A stretch of 64,000 nt of DNA from a virus. The position numbers and the translations under genes are program-made. The stretch is from IMG/VR virus record IMGVR_UViG_3300032240_001244, positions 23,182-87,181 of that record; one strand, given 5' to 3'. This document shows positions 1 to 10,197 of the stretch, piece after piece. Under the pieces are notes generated by a model. The model did no database searches. It was not told the origin of the DNA and worked only from the letters and a program-made list of their open reading frames with translations. Position 1 is the first letter of the stretch; the number at the start of each line of letters is the position of its first letter.

Positions 1-22
1 TAAAGATTTTAGTAGCGCTTAT

Positions 23-553
23 TTGAGGGCATTTCCACTTGCTGCGTACGATGCAAATAGAAAAATAGACTATAGAAGAGACAATATGAATAACCCAATA
101 GTATTAACTAAGGTTATATCTGAAATGTCTCTATATAAAGCCATGGGATCCGTCAATTCCGAAGTAGGTATGGCGTTTAATAATGAAGCCAATAAAGTTA
201 TAAGCGGAATACAAACCTATATAATAAATCCAGATCCTACTATATCTGTATCCAAAGCATCTACCTTAGATAAGCTTATATGGTATCCTGTGTTTACCAG
301 AGCTGGTGAGGCAGCTGCAACGACTGGGAATGTGATTGGATCTATTTGGGAGTGGGTAAAAGGAAATGGATTTAACTATGATAGTAACATATTAAATGAT
401 AGGAATTTTATATATAAGAGAAATGAAACAGTAAATACAACTATCTATAAAATAGATGTAGATCGTGCTATAGATGTAAATACTGGATTATTAAAAGGAC
501 CTATTACTAGTTTCTTTATTAGTGGGTATCAATATACAACACCTTCTTATTAA
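23..553 (+). CDS. hypothetical protein, probably the 3' part of a gene starting before the window
   Basis: Open frame ending just before the next gene; true start unclear. Confidence 0.5.
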   Translation: MRAFPLAAYDANRKIDYRRDNMNNPIVLTKVISEMSLYKAMGSVNSEVGMAFNNEANKVISGIQTYIINPDPTISVSKASTLDKLIWYPVFTRAGEAAATTGNVIGSIWEWVKGNGFNYDSNILNDRNFIYKRNETVNTTIYKIDVDRAIDVNTGLLKGPITSFFISGYQYTTPSY

Positions 554-561
554 AATTAATA

Positions 562-1077
562 ATGTATTACCCTAAATCAGAAATAGCATTAGTATCAAGT
601 ACCACAGGTACACAACTTCTTGTAAAAAAGACTAAGAAACCATATACAGGGGATTACTATATAACTAATGATGGTAGATTTTTTTCTGGTAAAGAGTATA
701 CAGTTACTACTCAAGAATTAGTACCAATAATAAAAAACTCTATTAAAAACAATGATGTTAAATCTTACGACTTTCACTACGCAATGCCATCTGATGATGA
801 TTATAATAAAGGATTCTTTATTCGATATACAATAAAAAGAGTAAATAGTGGATTTGAAACTATACTAGAAGTAGACCAAACAGAGTATGAAAGAGCTGTT
901 AAAGATCCCTTATATTCAGCAGTAAAGTTTTCCTGGAAATTAACAGGACCATTGTACACAACCCAACAAGGAATTCCAGGAATTGTAAACACCAATCAAA
1001 AAACATTAGAAGGATTGGAAAAATCCATACCGGGCATAACAAATTATTTTACAAATTTGGCACAGTACGCAAAATAA
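562..1077 (+). CDS. hypothetical phage protein
   Basis: 171 aa ORF, ATG after A-rich leader. Confidence 0.7.
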   Translation: MYYPKSEIALVSSTTGTQLLVKKTKKPYTGDYYITNDGRFFSGKEYTVTTQELVPIIKNSIKNNDVKSYDFHYAMPSDDDYNKGFFIRYTIKRVNSGFETILEVDQTEYERAVKDPLYSAVKFSWKLTGPLYTTQQGIPGIVNTNQKTLEGLEKSIPGITNYFTNLAQYAK

Positions 1078-1088
1078 CCTTATCTTTG
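1056..1088 (+). promoter_or_regulatory. Bacteroidota-type sigma70 promoter (-33 TTTG, -7 TATCTTTG)
   Basis: TTTG 1056-1059, 21-nt spacer, TATCTTTG 1081-1088. Confidence 0.7.
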
Positions 1089-1104
1089 TACAAAGGTTAT
1101 AAAA

Positions 1105-2442
1105 GTGTATTACATAATAGAGACTGAAGAACAACTTCAGAAGTTTTCTACATACGATTTTACTAATTGTTTCATTGATGTAATTCCATCAAACGACAAC
1201 TGCCACCCTAAACTGGCAGACATTTCCTTATTATACATAAAGCCTTTTAGATCCAGAATGGGATTTATTCTATCCCTAGATCACACAGAAGCGTTTTCAT
1301 TGTCTAAAGACTCTGTAGAGGCCTTTATAATCAATAAGCTTGGTAATATTTACGCTATTGATGGAAAGAGGATGAGATACTTCACCAAAAGAGATAACGC
1401 CTTATATTGTCTTAAAATGGCCAAGTATTTAGCTACTGGAGAAGTTATAGACGAGTCTAAATTCAATACAACAGCGCACAACTTCTTTTGTCAGAAGTAT
1501 GAATATCGTTCTGACATAAATAAGATTATCCCGATAGCTAAACATTTTGAAAAGTATGAAAAGCTAGTTGCTTCTATTAAGATAGATCAGGCTTGGTTAA
1601 AAACTAAGTACTATAAACTGTACGGAGATATAGCCCCTAGACTATTTAATTCCATCGAATCTAATGGAATTAGTATAAATAATGACGTATTTTTCATTCA
1701 CTATACTCCAAAAGAGGCCTTAATGTCGGTTAAATCAGACAAAACCTATACTCAATATAACCTATATACAGCTACAGGCAGACCATCAAATGCATTTAAT
1801 GGTATCAATTATGGAGCCATTAACAAGACTGATGGTAGCAGAAAGTCTTTTATAGCCGGCAAAGATAGATTGGTTGAGTTTGATTACAGTTCGTATCATA
1901 TTCGTATATTAGCGTATCATATCGGATATGCTTTTGACGACGAAGACATCCATACTCATTTAGCCAAATACTATTTTGACAGTAAAGATATTACTAGATC
2001 TCAGTATGAAGAGAGTAAAGGATTGACTTTCAAACTTTTGTACACGGATTCAATTACAGAAGAGGTAAAAGATATACCTTTCTTTGCAAAAGTAAAAGAG
2101 TTTAAAGATCATTTATGGAGTGTTTATAAAAAACAGGGATATATTGAAAGTTTTTTATCAAAAAGACCAATTAGGGGTATAACTTCTAAGACCCAGGTTC
2201 TTCCTTTTATTTTACAAAACTATGAAACTGAGAGAAATATTCTTGTTTTAAATGATATTTTTAAATATCTTTGCGATAAGAAGTCTAAATTGATCCTGTA
2301 TAACTACGACTCTTTTCTTTTTGATTATAGTAAAGAGGATGGAAAACAGGCACTTTGTGACATACAGATGATTCTGGAACAGGATGGGTACAAAACATCT
2401 TGTAAATATGGCCAGAACTATCAGGAAATGAAGAATTTATAA
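1105..2442 (+). CDS. divergent family A DNA polymerase-like protein (short, degenerate exonuclease region)
   Basis: TATGRPS, motif A-like EFDYSSYHIR, motif B-like KGLTFKLLY, motif C-like YNYDSFLFD. Confidence 0.75.
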   Translation: MYYIIETEEQLQKFSTYDFTNCFIDVIPSNDNCHPKLADISLLYIKPFRSRMGFILSLDHTEAFSLSKDSVEAFIINKLGNIYAIDGKRMRYFTKRDNALYCLKMAKYLATGEVIDESKFNTTAHNFFCQKYEYRSDINKIIPIAKHFEKYEKLVASIKIDQAWLKTKYYKLYGDIAPRLFNSIESNGISINNDVFFIHYTPKEALMSVKSDKTYTQYNLYTATGRPSNAFNGINYGAINKTDGSRKSFIAGKDRLVEFDYSSYHIRILAYHIGYAFDDEDIHTHLAKYYFDSKDITRSQYEESKGLTFKLLYTDSITEEVKDIPFFAKVKEFKDHLWSVYKKQGYIESFLSKRPIRGITSKTQVLPFILQNYETERNILVLNDIFKYLCDKKSKLILYNYDSFLFDYSKEDGKQALCDIQMILEQDGYKTSCKYGQNYQEMKNL

Positions 2443-2472
2443 AATTTTACCGTTTTTATTAGATATTTATAT

Positions 2473-2907
2473 ATGCACAATAATATTTTTGATTTAACTT
2501 ACGATTACTTGAACAAGCTTTTTTGCACGTTTACAAAAAAAGAAGACTTAAATGTCACCATATCTGATATAAAAACCAGATATGAAGTAATCTATTCTAA
2601 AATATTCATACTAGAAACGGACAATGACAATGAATATGTGTGCACATATAACATTGACAGCGACAATATCAATAAGAATAATGTCCTTCCTAACACAATC
2701 CTTATGCACCGCCGTAAAGAATGCAATGTTCTTTATACAATAAACTCTCTGAATAAGCTTATAGAATCTCTTAATGGCGGAGTTAGGGATAATAATTACA
2801 AGGTTAACTGGAAAGACTATGAAAATAGCATACTGCTTACCCAGAAAGACCAGTTCGTACAACTTAAGACTAAGATCCACGATATAGTTAATGTGGATAA
2901 AAAATAA
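2473..2907 (+). CDS. hypothetical phage protein
   Basis: 144 aa ORF preceded by GATATTTATA motif. Confidence 0.75.
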   Translation: MHNNIFDLTYDYLNKLFCTFTKKEDLNVTISDIKTRYEVIYSKIFILETDNDNEYVCTYNIDSDNINKNNVLPNTILMHRRKECNVLYTINSLNKLIESLNGGVRDNNYKVNWKDYENSILLTQKDQFVQLKTKIHDIVNVDKK

Positions 2908-2938
2908 TTTGGAATAGTAAATATATTCCTTACTTTTG
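2908..2938 (+). promoter_or_regulatory. Bacteroidota-type sigma70 promoter
   Basis: TTTG 2908-2911, 19-nt spacer, TACTTTTG 2931-2938. Confidence 0.7.
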
Positions 2939-2964
2939 TTCTTCACTTTTAAAAAAAACAAGTT

Positions 2965-3837
2965 ATGTCCAAGATTGATTTGATCAAAGAAAGACTGAAT
3001 AAGCTACAGTCTAAAAACTCAGGCTCTGCATTTGAAAAGATTGATTTCACAACAATTTTCTGGAAACCAAAGTTAGGTAAGCAAGTAGTTAGGATCTTAC
3101 CTAGAAAAACAAACAAAGACTTCCCATTTTCAGAAGTAAGCTTCCATCAGTACAACATTTTCAAAAAGAATGTTTACAGTCTTGAAAACTTCGGTGAGAA
3201 AGATCCGGTAGTTCAATTGATGCGTGAACTTTATGATGAGAACACAGAAGAAAGCAAAGACTTGGCTCGTAAGCTTAGGCCTCGTACTAAATTCTTTGCA
3301 CAAGTATTAGTTCGTGGTGAAGAAGGTTTGGGTGCTAGACTTTGGGAGTTTAACAAAACTACCTACGAGAAATTGCTTAGCATCATGGCTGATGATGATT
3401 TCGGTGATGTATCAGATGTAACAGAAGGTACTGATCTTACTGTAGAAGGTTACAATGATGTAATTAAGATTGGTAAGCGTGATGTAAACTATGTTGCCGT
3501 TAACGTAACTCCAAAGAGAAACATTTCTTCTATTTCTGAAGATGCTGCTCTGGTACAAAAAGTACTGGAAAATCAAAAAGAGATTACTGAAATTTACAAG
3601 AAGTACTCTTATGATGAAATTAAGAAGATGCTTCATGATTACATTAATCCACAAGAAGCACAATCTGAAGAAGTCTCAACTCCTACAGTAGAGGCAGCAG
3701 CCCCTGTTGCATCAAATGATGATGAGGATACTCCACCATTCGATGGTCCTTACAAATCAGTAACTCCTGAAGCAACAGCTCCAAAGCCTAGCTCAGTAGC
3801 GTCTAAGTTTGACGATTTATTTGGAGAAGAAAATTAA
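2965..3837 (+). CDS. single-stranded DNA-binding protein, T4 gp32-like
   Basis: FWKP...VRILP motif, acidic C-terminal tail (FDDLFGEEN), position before recombinase. Confidence 0.75.
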   Translation: MSKIDLIKERLNKLQSKNSGSAFEKIDFTTIFWKPKLGKQVVRILPRKTNKDFPFSEVSFHQYNIFKKNVYSLENFGEKDPVVQLMRELYDENTEESKDLARKLRPRTKFFAQVLVRGEEGLGARLWEFNKTTYEKLLSIMADDDFGDVSDVTEGTDLTVEGYNDVIKIGKRDVNYVAVNVTPKRNISSISEDAALVQKVLENQKEITEIYKKYSYDEIKKMLHDYINPQEAQSEEVSTPTVEAAAPVASNDDEDTPPFDGPYKSVTPEATAPKPSSVASKFDDLFGEEN

Positions 3838-3849
3838 AAAAAATAACAT

Positions 3850-4968
3850 ATGGCAGATTCAAAGAACATTAAAGGTGCTGTAGCAAGCGCTTTAGGTAAA
3901 GGTGTATCCTTTAATTTAGAGAATTTTAAGAAATCAAAGAATTTAACTGAAAATATCGCCTATAAGAAACAAGAATGGATTCCATTATCAGAAGCTTTTC
4001 AACAGGCAATAAGTTTGCCAGGACTTCCTCATGGGCACGTTATTAATCTTAGAGGTCATAGTGATACCGGAAAAACTACAGCACTTATCGAAGCAGCTGT
4101 TAGCGTGCAGAAGATGGGCAAACTCCCAGTCTTTATCATCACTGAGATGAAATGGGATTGGAGTCATGCCAAGATCATGGGATTTGAAGTAGATACTAAA
4201 GTGAATCAAGTAGTAAATGAGGATACAGGAGAAGTTACTCAAACAATATCTTATGAAGGCAACTTTATTTACATAGATAAGGATAGTATAACTACCGTAG
4301 AAGATGTAGCTGCCTTTATCATGGATTTACTTGATGAACAAGCAAAAGGAAAGCTTCCCTATGATCTTGTATTTCTTTGGGATTCAGTAGGATCCTTACC
4401 ATGTAAGATGTCTATAGAATCTAACAAAAATAATAATGAGTGGAACGCAGGAGCTATGTCTCAACAGTTTGGAAATTTTATAAATCAAAGAATTGTTGGT
4501 TCTAGAAAAGAAAGCTCTAAGTATACAAACACGCTTATTGCTGTAAACAAAGTATGGGTAGAAAAACCAACTACATATGGTGAGATGCCTAAGCTAAAGA
4601 ACAAAGGAGGAAACACAATGTTCTTTGACTCTACAATAGTAGTAACTTTTGGTAATTCTACTGGAGCAGGTACCAACAAGATCAAAGCCACTAAAAATGG
4701 TAAAGATGTTGAGTTTGCAAAAAGGACTAAGATTGCAGTGGACAAAAATCATATCAATGGTGTAACTACCACTGGTAAAATTATTGCAACTCCCCATGGA
4801 TTTATCATAGATGATAAAAAATATATTGACGCTTATAAGAAAGAACATTCAGCAGAGTGGTTGAAAATTCTTGGAAGCGAAGACTTTGATATAATAGAAG
4901 AAATAGATAATGGTGATATGATAGATAATCATGGAGATGCTACCATTAATAATTTAGGAAATGAATAA
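3850..4968 (+). CDS. RecA/UvsX-like recombinase
   Basis: Walker A GHSDTGKT, Walker B-like FLWDSVGS, GG...F and KNH/DKN C-terminal RecA features. Confidence 0.85.
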   Translation: MADSKNIKGAVASALGKGVSFNLENFKKSKNLTENIAYKKQEWIPLSEAFQQAISLPGLPHGHVINLRGHSDTGKTTALIEAAVSVQKMGKLPVFIITEMKWDWSHAKIMGFEVDTKVNQVVNEDTGEVTQTISYEGNFIYIDKDSITTVEDVAAFIMDLLDEQAKGKLPYDLVFLWDSVGSLPCKMSIESNKNNNEWNAGAMSQQFGNFINQRIVGSRKESSKYTNTLIAVNKVWVEKPTTYGEMPKLKNKGGNTMFFDSTIVVTFGNSTGAGTNKIKATKNGKDVEFAKRTKIAVDKNHINGVTTTGKIIATPHGFIIDDKKYIDAYKKEHSAEWLKILGSEDFDIIEEIDNGDMIDNHGDATINNLGNE

Positions 4969-5998
4969 GGATAGACTCCTTGACATATTTTCTAAACTCA
5001 AAAACGATGAGAAGCCTACTAATCTACACTACAATAGTAAAGTGTTGATTATAGATGGGATGAATACATTCCTTAGAAGCTTCGCAGTTGTTAATAGGAT
5101 AAACCTAGCAGGTAATGATGTAGGTGGGTTGATTGGATTTTTGAAATCACTTGGACATGCAATAAAACTGTTATCCCCGACTCGTGTAGTAATCGTCTTT
5201 GACGGTGAAGGCGGGTCGGGAAACAGAAAATATCTTTACAGCCAATACAAAGGAAATAGAGATACCGGGAGAATTATGAACTATAAATCCTTCCAGACAA
5301 AAGATGCAGAAGATGATTCCAAATACAACCAGATAACCAGACTGGTAGACTATCTACATTTTTTACCTGTGTCTTTACTATCTTTTGATAAGCTTGAGGC
5401 AGATGATGTAATGGGATATTTAGCAGGAAGAATCTATAAAGATTATAAGGATTCTCAAGTATACCTCATGTCTTCAGACAATGACTTTATGCAGTTAGTA
5501 AACGATAGAGTTAAAGTATATAGTCCAACAAAGAAAAAGATATATGGGGTTGAGAATGTGTTAGAAGATTTTGGTATACATCCAGACAACTTCTTATTGT
5601 ACAAAGCTCTAGTAGGAGACACATCAGACAATATACCTGGAGTAAATGGATTAGGTGAAAAGAATGTAGTGAAGCTTTTTGAATTTATATCAAAGCCAGA
5701 AAGAAAAACATTACAGGACGTTTATCAGGTATGCGAAAATCCCCCTAAGAAGTCAGCACTATATGAAAGAATATTGAATGTTAGTAAGCAAGTAGAAATT
5801 TTCTATAAGATTATGAACATCATGGAACCTAATATATCTGAAGATACGATTGTAGAAATTATGGAAAAATACCATACTAAGGCTCCGGCTTTGAATAAGT
5901 ATGATTTCATGAAACTATATAATCATGATAAAATGGGAGATGCTATACCGCATTTAGATCTATGGATAAATTTATATTCCACATTGAACAATTATTAA
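4961..5998 (+). CDS. 5'-3' exonuclease / flap endonuclease (PolI N-terminal / T4 RNase H family)
   Basis: LIIDGMN, VFDG, YKGNR, EADD, SSDND, GDTSDNIPGVNGLGEK motifs. Confidence 0.9.
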   Translation: MNKDRLLDIFSKLKNDEKPTNLHYNSKVLIIDGMNTFLRSFAVVNRINLAGNDVGGLIGFLKSLGHAIKLLSPTRVVIVFDGEGGSGNRKYLYSQYKGNRDTGRIMNYKSFQTKDAEDDSKYNQITRLVDYLHFLPVSLLSFDKLEADDVMGYLAGRIYKDYKDSQVYLMSSDNDFMQLVNDRVKVYSPTKKKIYGVENVLEDFGIHPDNFLLYKALVGDTSDNIPGVNGLGEKNVVKLFEFISKPERKTLQDVYQVCENPPKKSALYERILNVSKQVEIFYKIMNIMEPNISEDTIVEIMEKYHTKAPALNKYDFMKLYNHDKMGDAIPHLDLWINLYSTLNNY

Positions 5999-6005
5999 AT
6001 AAGTT

Positions 6006-7358
6006 ATGACGCAGCAAAGATTGACAAGTTATGGACATCAATTTCAAATAAAAGTTCTATACTCCTTACTAAACGACAAACAGTTTCTTCAAAACATAGC
6101 AGATGTGATCACAGCTGAGTATTTTGAATCTCCTGCTCACAAGTGGATTATTGGGACTATTCTTGAGTATTATAGCAAATATCATACGTACCCTACTATG
6201 GAAGTTCTCAAGATAGAACTTAAGAAGGAGAAGAATGAAGTATTACAAATATCAATAAAGGAAGAACTTAAGCAAGCTTACACAGCAACTCAAGATGATA
6301 TTGATTATGTAAAAGAAGAGTTCTTCAACTTTTGTAAAAACCAAAAGCTTAAGGATGCACTATTATCATCCGTAGACCTTCTTACAAGCGGAGAGTTTGA
6401 AGGAATCAGAAAGATCATTGACGAAGCACTGAGAGCAGGTGCTACAAAAGAAATAGGACACGAGTACGATAAGGATATCGAGTCCAGATTTAGAGAAGAA
6501 GAAGATAGGAAGATCCCATTCCCATGGAAAGTATTTAACGATATTACAGATGGAGGAATAGGTGGAAGTAATCTAATGCTTCTGTTTGCACCTCCTGGTA
6601 TTGGTAAATCTACTGTGGTTTGTAATATTGCATCTCACTGTCTTAAGATGGGATACAACGTAGTGTACTACACATTAGAGCTGGATGAAAGATATGTAGG
6701 CAAAAAAATTGACTCTATTCTTACTGGAGTAGAAGTTAAGATGCTAAAGTTTCACCGTAAAGAAGTAGAAACTGCCGTTAAAAACCTTAAGGGAAAGATT
6801 GTGATTAAGGAATATTCACCTGGCAGGGCCTCCCTAAGCACTATAGAATCCCATATAAAGCAATTAGAAGCCAATAATGACTTCATCCCTGATTTGATTA
6901 TAATAGACTACCCAGATCTTTTAAAGCCTCGTAAATCGAGGAAAGAAAGCAAAGAAGAACTAGATGACATCTACACTGATCTAAAAGGAATGGCTAAAGA
7001 TCTTAAGATCCCATTTGTATGCCCCTCTCAGATTAATCGTATGGGAGCCAAGGATGAGATCATTGAAGGAGATAAAGTAGCCGGAAGTTTCCAAAAGATG
7101 ATGATTGCCGATCTAAGCGTATCATTGTCTAGGCGTAGAAAAGATAAAATAAATGGCACTGGAAGGTTCCACATCATGAAATCCAGACTAGGTCCAGATG
7201 GACAAACTTATGCCGCCAAAATAGACTTGAACAAAGGGTTTATTGATATATCAGAAGATCTTTATGAGGAAGAGTCTGATGGTGAGGACGTTGGGTCCAA
7301 AGGAGACTTTAGTTCAGATGATATGTCTTTGCTAAAGAAAAAGTTCCTTAAAGCATAA
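6006..7358 (+). CDS. replicative DNA helicase, DnaB/gp41-like
   Basis: Walker A APPGIGKS, YTLEL, IIIDYPDL, SQINR, KSRLG. Confidence 0.9.
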   Translation: MTQQRLTSYGHQFQIKVLYSLLNDKQFLQNIADVITAEYFESPAHKWIIGTILEYYSKYHTYPTMEVLKIELKKEKNEVLQISIKEELKQAYTATQDDIDYVKEEFFNFCKNQKLKDALLSSVDLLTSGEFEGIRKIIDEALRAGATKEIGHEYDKDIESRFREEEDRKIPFPWKVFNDITDGGIGGSNLMLLFAPPGIGKSTVVCNIASHCLKMGYNVVYYTLELDERYVGKKIDSILTGVEVKMLKFHRKEVETAVKNLKGKIVIKEYSPGRASLSTIESHIKQLEANNDFIPDLIIIDYPDLLKPRKSRKESKEELDDIYTDLKGMAKDLKIPFVCPSQINRMGAKDEIIEGDKVAGSFQKMMIADLSVSLSRRRKDKINGTGRFHIMKSRLGPDGQTYAAKIDLNKGFIDISEDLYEEESDGEDVGSKGDFSSDDMSLLKKKFLKA

Positions 7359-7466
7359 TCTCATAAGCATCAAAAAAGTGGCAAAAAAAAAGCTGAGCAA
7401 GTCAACTTTTTTTCCATTTTCAGTGGGTATTTATTTTTACCTTTACAAAAATTTAAAACAAAAAAC

Positions 7467-9320
7467 ATGGAATTAGGATCGGAGATACTAAGTCAAATTA
7501 CTATTTTTTCAAAGTACGCCAAGTACATCCCTGAAGTAAAAAGAAGAGAAACATGGGAAGAAATAGTAACTAGATATGAGGTTATGTTAATGCAAAAGTT
7601 CCCAACTTTAAAGAAAGAAATAATGGGGAACGCTAGTTATATAGTGGATAAAAAAGTACTCCCATCAATGAGAGCCTTACAGTTTTCAGGAACAGCAGCT
7701 GAAGTAAACAACGCACGTATATACAACTGCTGCTACCTTCCAATGGATAGCGTGCATTGTTTTTCAGAATCTATGTTTCTATTGCTTGGAGGTACCGGAG
7801 TAGGATATTCCGTACAGTTTCAACACGTAGAAAAGCTACCAGAAATTATAAAGCCAGTAAAACAAAAAAGATATTTAGTACAGGATAGTATTATTGGATG
7901 GGCTGATGCTGTAAAAGTATTGATGAAATCCTATTTTGGTAAAGGAGCTAAACCCACATTTGACTACAGAGATGTACGTCCTAAAGGAGCTAGGCTTATT
8001 ACTGCAGGCGGTAAAGCACCTGGACCAGAACCTCTTAAGATCTGTCTTACGCATATAGAAGCTATCTTAGATCGTAAACAAAACGGTGAGAAGCTGACTA
8101 CCTTAGAAGTACACGATATCATGTGCCATATTGCTAATAGTGTATTATCAGGAGGCATTAGAAGGGCTGCTATGATTGCATTGTTTAGCCACGATGATGA
8201 AGAAATGCTTACTTGTAAATACGGTAATTGGTGGGAGCTGAATGAACAAAGAGGAAGGTCAAATAACTCTGCAGTATTGGAAAGAGGTCAGATTACAGAA
8301 GAACAGTTTAAAGCTTTGTGGAAGAAGATAGAGTTGAGTAATTCTGGAGAGCCAGGATTCTATTGGACAAAGAATGCTGAGTGGGGAACTAACCCATGCT
8401 GCGAAATAGCTTTGCGTCCATATCAATTCTGTAACCTGTGTGAGGTTAATGTATCTGATATCAAAGATGAACAGGATCTATTTGATAGAGTGCGTGTAGC
8501 TGCGTTCTTTGGAACTCTACAAGCGTCATTCACTGATTTCCACTACCTCCGTCCTATATGGCAGAAAACTACTGAAAAAGATGCATTGCTTGGAATAGGC
8601 ATGACAGGTATAGGAAGTGGTGAGATCCTTAAATACGATCTTGAAAAAGCTGCTGAGATTGCAAAAGAAGTAAATGCAGAGTACGCAGATCTTATAGGTA
8701 TTAACAGAGCGGCTCGTGTAACTTGCATAAAGCCATCAGGAACAACATCTTGTGTATTGGGTACTGCTTCTGGAATACATGCATGGCATAATGACTATTA
8801 TCTCAGAACAGTAAGATTTAATAAGAGTGAAGATATTGCTAAGTATCTTATTGCAAACCATCCTGAGATGTGTGAAGACGATGTGTTGAGATCTCATGAT
8901 ACATTGTGTGCAAGAATCCCTATCAAAGCACCAGAAGGATCAATAATGAGAAGTGAAACTCCAATAGAGTTGTTGGAAAGAGTAAAGCACTTCTCAGTTA
9001 ATTGGATTAAGAGTGGCCATAGGAATGGATATAATACTCACAACGTATCAGCTACCGTATCTCTTAAAGAAGATGAATGGCTGCCAGTAGGAGAATGGAT
9101 GTGGAAAAACAGGGAACATTATAACGGTTTGTCAGTACTACCTTATTGGGGAGGTACTTATCAACAGGCTCCTTTTGAAGATATTACTAAAGAGGAGTAT
9201 GAAGAAAGAGTAAGCCGTCTTACTTCTATGGACTTGACTAGTATTGTAGAAGAAGATGATACTGTAAACTTTGGGGCGATCGCAGCTTGCAGTGGTGCCA
9301 ACTGTAGCGTAGAACAGTAA
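7467..9320 (+). CDS. nrdJ: class II (adenosylcobalamin-dependent) ribonucleotide reductase
   Basis: PSMRALQF, YNCC, GGIRRAA, TNPCCEI, KPSGT, C-terminal CSGANC cysteine pair; no beta subunit adjacent. Confidence 0.88.
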   Translation: MELGSEILSQITIFSKYAKYIPEVKRRETWEEIVTRYEVMLMQKFPTLKKEIMGNASYIVDKKVLPSMRALQFSGTAAEVNNARIYNCCYLPMDSVHCFSESMFLLLGGTGVGYSVQFQHVEKLPEIIKPVKQKRYLVQDSIIGWADAVKVLMKSYFGKGAKPTFDYRDVRPKGARLITAGGKAPGPEPLKICLTHIEAILDRKQNGEKLTTLEVHDIMCHIANSVLSGGIRRAAMIALFSHDDEEMLTCKYGNWWELNEQRGRSNNSAVLERGQITEEQFKALWKKIELSNSGEPGFYWTKNAEWGTNPCCEIALRPYQFCNLCEVNVSDIKDEQDLFDRVRVAAFFGTLQASFTDFHYLRPIWQKTTEKDALLGIGMTGIGSGEILKYDLEKAAEIAKEVNAEYADLIGINRAARVTCIKPSGTTSCVLGTASGIHAWHNDYYLRTVRFNKSEDIAKYLIANHPEMCEDDVLRSHDTLCARIPIKAPEGSIMRSETPIELLERVKHFSVNWIKSGHRNGYNTHNVSATVSLKEDEWLPVGEWMWKNREHYNGLSVLPYWGGTYQQAPFEDITKEEYEERVSRLTSMDLTSIVEEDDTVNFGAIAACSGANCSVEQ

Positions 9321-9345
9321 ATTTTTTAAATAATGCATTTTCAAA

Positions 9346-9525
9346 GTGTCGAACAGTAAATTACAAAAAGGGATTGATTATTATATAGATGAGCAGACTG
9401 GGTACATCGTACTCACTGCTCTCTATCTTTCCCAAAGAGGAGTATGCTGTGGTAACGGTTGTAAAGAATGCTGTTATGATCCAAAATGGACAAAAGGAAA
9501 TAAAAATTTGATACAACAAGAATAA
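9346..9525 (+). CDS. small Cys-rich protein (RGxCCGNGCxxC, DUF5522-like)
   Basis: Read by hand, not in ORF track: GTG start, SNSKLQKGIDYYIDEQTGYIVLTALYLSQRGVCCGNGCKECCYDPKW..., TAA 9523-9525. Confidence 0.7.
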   Translation: MSNSKLQKGIDYYIDEQTGYIVLTALYLSQRGVCCGNGCKECCYDPKWTKGNKNLIQQE

Positions 9526-9537
9526 TATCTATATTTG
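9507..9537 (+). promoter_or_regulatory. Bacteroidota-type sigma70 promoter
   Basis: TTTG 9507-9510, 19-nt spacer, TATATTTG 9530-9537. Confidence 0.65.
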
Positions 9538-9551
9538 TTAAAATTAATGTT

Positions 9552-9749
9552 ATGACTATATACATTGTCTTTCTTGTTTTAAATCTTCTCGGAATGGGTT
9601 TTCTTTTTTTTGTATATGAAAAACAGAAACAAATAAACACAGAGTTTTTAAAAAATGCAATTATTCATAATGCTGTTTTAGAAATGCTAAAAGAAAAAAC
9701 AGATGAGTTAGAAAAGCTTATAGCTGATACAAATAAAGATAAAAAATAA
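9552..9749 (+). CDS. small membrane protein
   Basis: N-terminal hydrophobic helix then coiled-coil. Confidence 0.65.
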   Translation: MTIYIVFLVLNLLGMGFLFFVYEKQKQINTEFLKNAIIHNAVLEMLKEKTDELEKLIADTNKDKK

Positions 9750-9756
9750 AAAGGTT

Positions 9757-10182
9757 ATGCTAGTAAAAATAAAAAAATTACATCCAGAAGCTGTAATTCC
9801 TTCCTATGCAAAAGATGGAGATGCTGGAATGGATCTGGTAGCTGTAAGAAAAGAAGATCTATCTCCTACTCAAGTAAAGTATTACACAGGTCTTGCAATT
9901 GAAATCCCTTATGGATTTGTAGGATTGATATTCCCAAGATCTTCCATCTTTAAAGCAGGATTATCATTGAGCAATGCAGTTGGAGTTATTGATAGTGGGT
10001 ACAGAGGAGAGATTATGGCGGTGTTCAATAAAAAGTTTGGTATGAACTTAACTAACTATGAAGTCGGAGATAGAGTAGCACAGATAATGATACTGCCATA
10101 TCCAGTGGTAACTTTTGTTGAATCAGAAGAATTGACAGATACAGATAGAGGATCCGGTGGTTTTGGCAGTACAGGAAAATAA
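9757..10182 (+). CDS. dut: trimeric dUTPase
   Basis: AGMDL, PRSS, GVIDSGYRGE, RVAQ, RGSGGFGSTG. Confidence 0.95.
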   Translation: MLVKIKKLHPEAVIPSYAKDGDAGMDLVAVRKEDLSPTQVKYYTGLAIEIPYGFVGLIFPRSSIFKAGLSLSNAVGVIDSGYRGEIMAVFNKKFGMNLTNYEVGDRVAQIMILPYPVVTFVESEELTDTDRGSGGFGSTGK

Positions 10183-10197
10183 AATAAAATAAAGGTT

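Noticed and set aside
9312-9362. 12-nt direct repeat GAACAGTAAATT
   Set aside because: Short, AT-rich, two copies only; no associated element
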